This document shows, piece by piece, positions 57,130 to 64,000 of a stretch of 64,000 nt of DNA. The notes under the pieces are model-generated. The model did not search any database and was not told the DNA's origin. It saw only the letters and a program-made list of their open reading frames with translations. The stretch covers positions 44,895,743 to 44,959,742 of the forward strand of contig NC_068990.1 of NCBI RefSeq assembly GCF_001194135.2. Direction: 5' to 3'. A program made the translations under genes and the position numbers. Every line of letters starts with the position of its first letter. Position 1 is the stretch's first letter. The stretch comes from Octopus bimaculoides. Its lineage: Eukaryota.

Positions 57130-60100
57130 TATATATGTATGTGCATGTGTTAGTCTCCTTGCCTTGATTTCATGTAATAGCTGTTAACAAACGTCACCAA
57201 CATGCAAGAGGTGTCGTTTGTATCCAATCTTCCATGAAAACAATATCACACCATGAGGAATATTACCTTACTTGAAAACAGGTGAGGACTGGTAACAGGA
57301 ATATCTCACTGTAGAAAATTTACCTCAACAAATTCCACACCCAATCCAGGCAAACATGGATAATTGGACATTTAAATGATGATGTCATTATACATATACA
57401 AACTAATAACATATACATCTGTCAGTTGTATTTCTCAGATCATATATTTACCTCCAGCTGATAAATTTACAATTGGTTGATAATATTTTTTAGACCTGCT
57501 TTGCAATCATTATTTTTCTATCACACAAGCATGAATACAATGTATACTGGTAGGAGTAAGTATAGTAACAGTTGTTACAACTGGATATCTTTCTTATTGC
57601 TAAAGACCATGAAATAAGACTGAAATCAGTCTATGTCTGCTTTCTTTTCTATCATAGGTGCGATAATTTTTTAAATACAGATATTTGGATATTAATTAGC
57701 ATTTGAATATGCTAATTTTCCACATCTACTTGGAATGCAATACTGTGGTACTAATTAATGATTTCATTATCAATACTTCAGGTCAACTTTGCCTTCCATC
57801 TTTTTAGGCTTGATAAAATAACATACCTGTCATGTACTGGACTCACTCATATTGACTGACCCCACCCCCAATCAAAATTGTTGGCCTGTCCTTTAATTAG
57901 AAACCATTTAAAATTTATGTTCACTTCATCTAGTTCATCTTTCATTGCTAGAATTAATCTTGTCATTTTTTTATTAATAATTAAAGCAAGTATGACAGAA
58001 CGATCGAGTTGAGCAGAATTTTTTTTTATTTTTATTATTATCAAAACAAACATTTATAGGGAAGGGATAAAAACAAGATGCTGTGACATTCAAACTTTTC
58101 CCAAAGAATTAAAACAGAGTCACAGACTTGCCTAATCCAGAGGTTACCTCCACAGTGTTCAACACCGTTTCCAGCAACATTAGACAGAAAGTTACTTATC
58201 TGCAAAAACACCAAAAGGATGTCAAGATCATAGAGCGGTTTGACAATTTGTTTTGTATAAAAATAGCAACAATAACATAATTATATACAAGAGTCATAGA
58301 ACTTTTTTTAAATATTATATTTAGCTTTTAATATTCTTTAAATATTTTACTTATTTTCATTTCATCAATGCCAAAGGTAATGATTATGTATGTTCATAAG
58401 AATGTATGTAGTAATGCTAAACAAGACAACTAAATCTTGTATGCTTAGATATGCATCTTTTTATATGATATTCTTTAATTTTCTCAGTAAGTTTGTTTTG
58501 CTTTGTTTTTGTTTTGTTTCTTTTTATAGTAAATTTTAATCTACATACTCCTCTATTATTTAAAATAGCAACTTCATAAAACTTAAATTGTTCCTTCTAA
58601 AATTTTTTGATGGTCAACGTGTTTAACTGTCTTTATTTATAGTTAGGAATGAAAAACACAAACAAAAATATAGTTAAATCAATTGAAAGTTGCTATAAGG
58701 TTAGAGTAGTTCTTCTGGTTAAATCCTAACAAACAAATGAATATATATTTGTTAAGATTGAGTAAAAATATGTTTCTTTCAATGAGGCACAAAGGTCAAG
58801 TACTTTTGAGATGAAATGGAAAGTTGTAACATTTGAACCAATTGAGTCAGTGAAGTGTAATACTATCAAATGGAGAGAGAAACAAGATCGCAGGCTTAGC
58901 TTTTCTCTTGTTCTAGAACATATGCCTGATTAAATAAATATTGCTTCATTTTGACAAGGCACAAAGACTCATATTTTAGGGAAAGCAGAAATAGAAAGTT
59001 GTTGTGATGCTGAATATTTTCTTAATGGCATTAGTGGTTTCAATGATTTCATTTGCATTTGAGAATTAAGATTGCTACAAGTCATCAATCACCAGATTAC
59101 CTTTTGGGTACTGGCATCAGCATATAATATAAACTGTTATATTTTGCCAGATACTAAGTCACAAGCTACTCAAACATCATCTGAAGCTGAGACTCCCAAT
59201 ATACATATGTGCTTAAAAGATAATTTGTTTAAACTTACATTACAGCATTTGAAAATACTATTAATTATGTGATAACTAATGTCTTCTTAAATCATACAGT
59301 CTGTTAATTACATTATCAACAATGTTTCTGTTATACCATAGATTCATAAGAACCAATGCAGTCAGCAGATTCAATAACATTCAGCAGATGGGGAATAAAT
59401 CTGTCCCAAGGATACAACACCAGTTAACTGAAGGCAACATTCTCAGATTTGACAGTTGAAAATTAAGTATACTGAAATGTCTGGAGCAAATAGAACTCAC
59501 AACCTATGAACTGGTGATCCTTTTTCCTTGTCCACTTGGTAACTTCATCTCTGATGTTATTCATATATAACTCCCTTTACACATTGTAAATTACTCATAC
59601 TGAAACACATTTTTACTATCTTAGAAAAAAGAGAATTTGTGAAGAAACTGTAGAATAAAAGCTTTAAAGATGATGAAAGAAATATACTCTTTTAATCAAA
59701 TATATTTTACAAAATAAAAATATTGTAATTGTAAAATGTAAATTCAATAAGTTTATTGTTATAGCTTTGAATATATATATTAAAAAAAAAAAAAGATTTT
59801 CAAGGTGTATTTTACAGCAGCAGTCTGGAATGTATCAACAGATCTCATAGAAAACAACAATAAACTTTCCTTCAGTTCTAAAATTTCTTACATTAATATA
59901 GTGTAAAAATACAAAATTGAAAAAAAAAAATTATAAAAAGACAAACTTTTAGAAGAGTGGGAAAATTTTAGAAAAAAACAGAAGTCATTATCATGTCTAA
60001 GGATCAAAGACTATGGCAGTAGCTACATTACTCTGGGGCATATATATTCCTTTCTACTCTAGGCACAAGGCCCAAAATTTTGGGGGAGGGGGCCAGTCGA

Positions 60101-60433
60101 TTAGATCGACCTCAGTACGCAACTGGTACTTAATTTATCAACCCCGAAAGGATGAAAGGCGAAGTTGACCTCAGAACGTAAAGACAGACAAAATACCACT
60201 AAGCATTTTGCCTGGCATGCTAACGTTTCTGCCAGCTCGCCACCTTCTGGAGCATATACATGTGAGATCAATAGGATTCAACACCTCTTCTAATCTTAGT
60301 CATGGAAAGAGCTGAATTCAAGACTGAAAATTAAAACAAAAGACTTGTTATAGTGTTTCCACTGATGAATTTATATCACTGTTTGGTATTTACTTACAGC
60401 TAGGAAGATTAGGTCACTGGCAGTTAATTATAG

Positions 60434-60497
60434 TCATGGACAGAATACAAAACTTCTAGCCACTTCATCAGTGTCGTATACCTTACTACCAACTTGG
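60434..60497 (-). other. Candidate terminal coding exon (S)QVGSKVYDTDEVARSFVFCP* followed by a putative ~2.4-kb 3' UTR
   Basis: ctgacAG acceptor, phase compatible with 62335-62308. Repeat-poor AT-rich stretch down to AATAAA near 58025-58035 (minus). Confidence 0.25.
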
Positions 60498-62114
60498 CTG
60501 TCAGCAGTTTAAAAACAAAATTAAAATTTGGTAGTATCAAAAGTGAATCATATTGCCAATGGTTAAATAACAAGTTTATTAGGGTGGGTCACATCAGATT
60601 ACTTACTTATTACTGACAACAGCAGGATAGGATTTTCTTTGCCATTTAAATGTACCGAGTTGAATAATATGAAAAATAATCATTTTTTTTTTTTTACAGA
60701 GGGATAAATAATAATATTCTATGTATGCAAAACTCAAACTAATGTTAAATTAATAATATATTCTACAAATTTCTTTGTGAGATATCAATTAAACAGAAAT
60801 GAAAGTGAAAAACATGTTTATTCAACTTTAAAGTGAAAAACACTGAAAATATTTGCTGTATAGAAAATAGTTATCCTCTTTTTATTAGTAGTAGTAGTAG
60901 GAGGAGGAGTTTGTATTGTGTGCTGGAAAAGGAAAAACAGCACTCATGATCCTTTCCAAATCTTTTGAGGTTGATCAGAGAAAAGGAGCAAGTTATCCTC
61001 AAACCAGAATGCTTGCAAGAGAATGGACTTCACTAAAAGTACCCAAGGACCAGGTTGTAGTGGTGTTAAACAAAGTGACAGCATAAGCCTACGACCTATG
61101 AACAGAAACAGTCCCTCAGATGAGATTCCACAAAGGCTGTGTCAACCAAATTTCATTCAAGGGTTTGATTCACCTAATGTTATGCTAGAAGAAACTTGCC
61201 CAAGGTTTTACACAGTATGATTAAACCCAAAGCTACATAGTTGCAAAGAGTGATTCTTGAAGACACAACTATGTCTGCAACCATTTTAATCAAAATCACA
61301 AGAGGGAGCTAATCAATAATACCTACAAGTTTATATTAAATAAAATAAATCACTATTATCAATTTATAATTCAATGCAGTGTTTTGTATGGAGGGTTGAT
61401 ATTTATATTTAATATTTATGAGATATACTTTGTCAAACTAACAAGCTCTAAACTTGCAAAAGTCAATTTTTTTTCCTTTATAGGGCAATAAAACAGGGCT
61501 CACTAATACATAGATCTATTATATACCTTTCCAACATATATCAAATTTGTGTCTAGTCTCAAAATAGGAAAAAAAAAATGAAAATTTCTGATCAAGGGAA
61601 TGGCATTTACTTGCAGAAACTTTAATACACTAAGAAACTTCTTAACATTTAAACCAGCAAAATATAGCCATCACAGGGACTTCATTGGTGAGAAAAAAAT
61701 TCTTCCATCAAATCACATAGAAAATTAAGCCTTAGTTATTGTTTTTAATCCCAATAAACAATTATTANNNNNNNNNNNNNNNNNNNNNNNNNNNNNNNNN
61801 NNNNNNNNNNNNNNNNNNNNNNNNNNNNNNNNNNNNNNNNNNNNNNNNNNNNNNNNNNNNNNNNNNNNNNNNNNNNNNNNNNNNNNNNNNNNNNNNNNNN
61901 NNNNNNNNNNNNNNNNNNNNNNNNNNNNNNNNNNNNNNNNNNNNNNNNNNNNNNNNNNNNNNNNNNNNNNNNNNNNNNNNNNNNNNNNNNNNNNNNNNNN
62001 NNNNNNNNNNNNNNNNNNNNNNNNNNNNNNNNNNNNNNNNNNNNNNNNNNNNNNNNNNNNNNNNNNNNNNNNNNNNNNNNNNNNNNNNNNTATATATATA
62101 TATATATATATATA

Positions 62115-62225
62115 TTTCCTCTCAACCCTTTGTCAAAGAGCATAGGCTCAAAATGTCGAAAACTTTTCCATTCTTCTTGAGCATCAAACTAATATACCTG
62201 CTTGTTGTTCCCTCGCCTGTCTTCA
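62115..62225 (+). mobile_element. Degenerate copy of the same (TA)n-adjacent repeat family as 30589-30750
   Basis: gagcataggctc hairpin and downstream ttgagcatcaaactaatatacctgcttgttgtt match the 30.6-kb copy. The GAAA core has decayed to AAAA. Confidence 0.5.
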
Positions 62226-62307
62226 GTGTGTGTGTGTGTGTGTGTGAGGGAGAGAGAGAGAGAAAGAGAGAGAGAAAGAGCCATTTACTAGAGCAGTGAA
62301 TACTCAC

Positions 62308-62335
62308 CTAACTATAACTTCATTTTTGTTTCTAT
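62308..62335 (-). other. Candidate 28-nt exon xRNKNEVIVx of an unidentified minus-strand gene
   Basis: tattttAG| ... |GTGAGT; only one frame is open. Confidence 0.3.
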
Positions 62336-62939
62336 CTAAAATACATTTTTAGGGGTTGATGCTTTATTATTTGACTCACATATTTCCTACATTTATATAC
62401 ATACTTATATATATTTATACTATTCATACTTCACCTGAGACTGAACTCAAACTATATTTCGTTTGCACAGAATTGGATTTTAGTAATCTTATTCACCATG
62501 CTGTGCACAAAATAAAAGTTTCTAGAAGCAATCTTAGATCAATCTGTAAACAAAAACAAAAAAAAAGATCCTGTATAGGTTTTTGATGATGAGTATTCCA
62601 GTACTTCAAACAGCCGAAGACCTTATTAATTGTATTAGCAGATAAGTAGCTGTGTGTTCCACAGACTTATGCATTGTAATTTATATCTCTGACACAATCA
62701 ATATAACAGTGTGTGAGAGACTTCCACACACCTGTCAACTTGAATGCACATTCACAAGGCTTAAGTCAAACAGGTTATGCTAGAAGACACTTGCCCAAGA
62801 TACTGCCCAGTGCATGGAATCGAACTTGAGATCTCATAACAACAAAGTAAGAATTCTTAACCTCTTAGTCATGCCTGCATCCAACACACACACACACACA
62901 CACACATGCTCCAGTTACTAGGATATGAATAAACAGATG

Positions 62940-63600
62940 AAAGGTTGGTAATTAGTATGTCACCAATACAATTTTATGCTGATGGCCAAGACCATAACTT
63001 TCAAATGGTCCAGTCTACTCAGCCATAAATAGGTGTCAAATGGTACGAATAACTCCACAGCAACACTTAGTTGATAAGTAGTCAGATAGCCTTCAGGATT
63101 GAGCACTACTTTTGTGAGTTTTGAAGCGGCTGCCCAGTACTCTGCCTCATACCAGAACACTCATACATCAACAACCTAATTGCCTCAATCCAAAAATATA
63201 GACCCTTGGCTATGATAATGCCTGGTATGTAACACATTGTAGCAGGAATATTTAGCAGTTGAAAAACTTAGAAATCAAACCCAGATCACTAAATCCAATG
63301 AAAAAAAGCATTCAACTATTTGTGATTCACTAAAATGTTACCAACATCATCAACATGTCTGACCATTCAAGATTTCCTGTGGAACCAGATCTAATAACAA
63401 TTTCATCTTTGGTACACCTTTCATGACCAAGAGCATCACTATGTATTCAGTGCATTTTTGCCATAACACAACAGACAACAGTCAGTAGCAGACCAGAGCA
63501 GTATTACATCTCAAAAACAATGGACAGCGGTGATAGCAACACACCATGACCAACCAATTTCAAGAAACTCATGAGGGAGACTACTATCATACTTAGTCCA
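62940..63600 (-). mobile_element. Highly decayed LINE RT remnant
   Basis: Only weak motifs: GVLLSPL and WYEAEYW (cf. QGCVLSP, YGAETW). Confidence 0.3.
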
Positions 63601-64000
63601 TCAACATCTTACACAAACTTCAAACTATCTTGGCATAAACACCATTTCTTTGTTATTTGTTAATGATAAAAATAAATGTCTTTGCATTTAAAATAACTAG
63701 ATTTTTGTGCTATTGTAACTACATCATCTCATATACATTATTAAATAGACATTTGTTACATGTATTGCACAACAATGACTACATGCAGTCATGTGAGTGT
63801 ACAAATATGGTCATTGAAGAGGATGGAAAAATACACCAATCAAAATATAATATAGCTTGTAACAGTAAAGAATATCCTAACTAAAATGTTACATAGCTAC
63901 AAAAAAAAAGATGAGGTTTATAATCTAATGATTTTTTTTTTACTGATGAAATAAATTAATCCTGTCTATATTACAAATAGTAATTTGAGATCAAAGAGTT

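Noticed and set aside
1985-62299. Many ORF-track entries of (CV)n, (HT)n, (RE)n, (YI)n or poly-X
   Set aside because: Translations of microsatellites and N gaps.

Overview
AT-rich, repeat-dense, gapped animal genomic DNA with about 13 N-runs. The repeat families and microsatellite load look like an octopus (coleoid cephalopod) draft assembly; that is inferred from repeat recognition, not from a search. One complete protein-coding gene can be built by hand: an LTV1 (40S ribosome biogenesis factor) orthologue on the minus strand. It has 11 GT-AG coding exons from 53919 to 28536, 1320 nt, 439 aa, and all intron phases are consistent. The rest is mostly decayed mobile DNA: four mariner copies (three with both TIRs and TA target duplications), a ~2.75-kb hAT/Charlie-Buster relic, a piggyBac 3' half plus two TTAA-flanked MITEs, RTE-clade LINE pieces, many SINE or LINE-3'-end copies, and a Penelope-like element (RT + GIY-YIG) in LTV1 intron 1. 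The strongest hidden signal is a type I hammerhead ribozyme with a palindromic stem III at the 3' end of the Penelope-like element (51996-52079). A variant minimal hammerhead lies on the LTV1 sense strand in the last intron (30677-30712). Near-identical inverted repeats flank LTV1 exons 3-5/3-6 (candidate dsRNA, A-to-I editing or circRNA substrate). Orphan exon candidates occur at both window ends. No CRISPR, rRNA or true tRNA gene is supported. I see no evidence for a wholly new system; the ribozyme-bearing element and the intronic dsRNA geometry are the items most worth testing.
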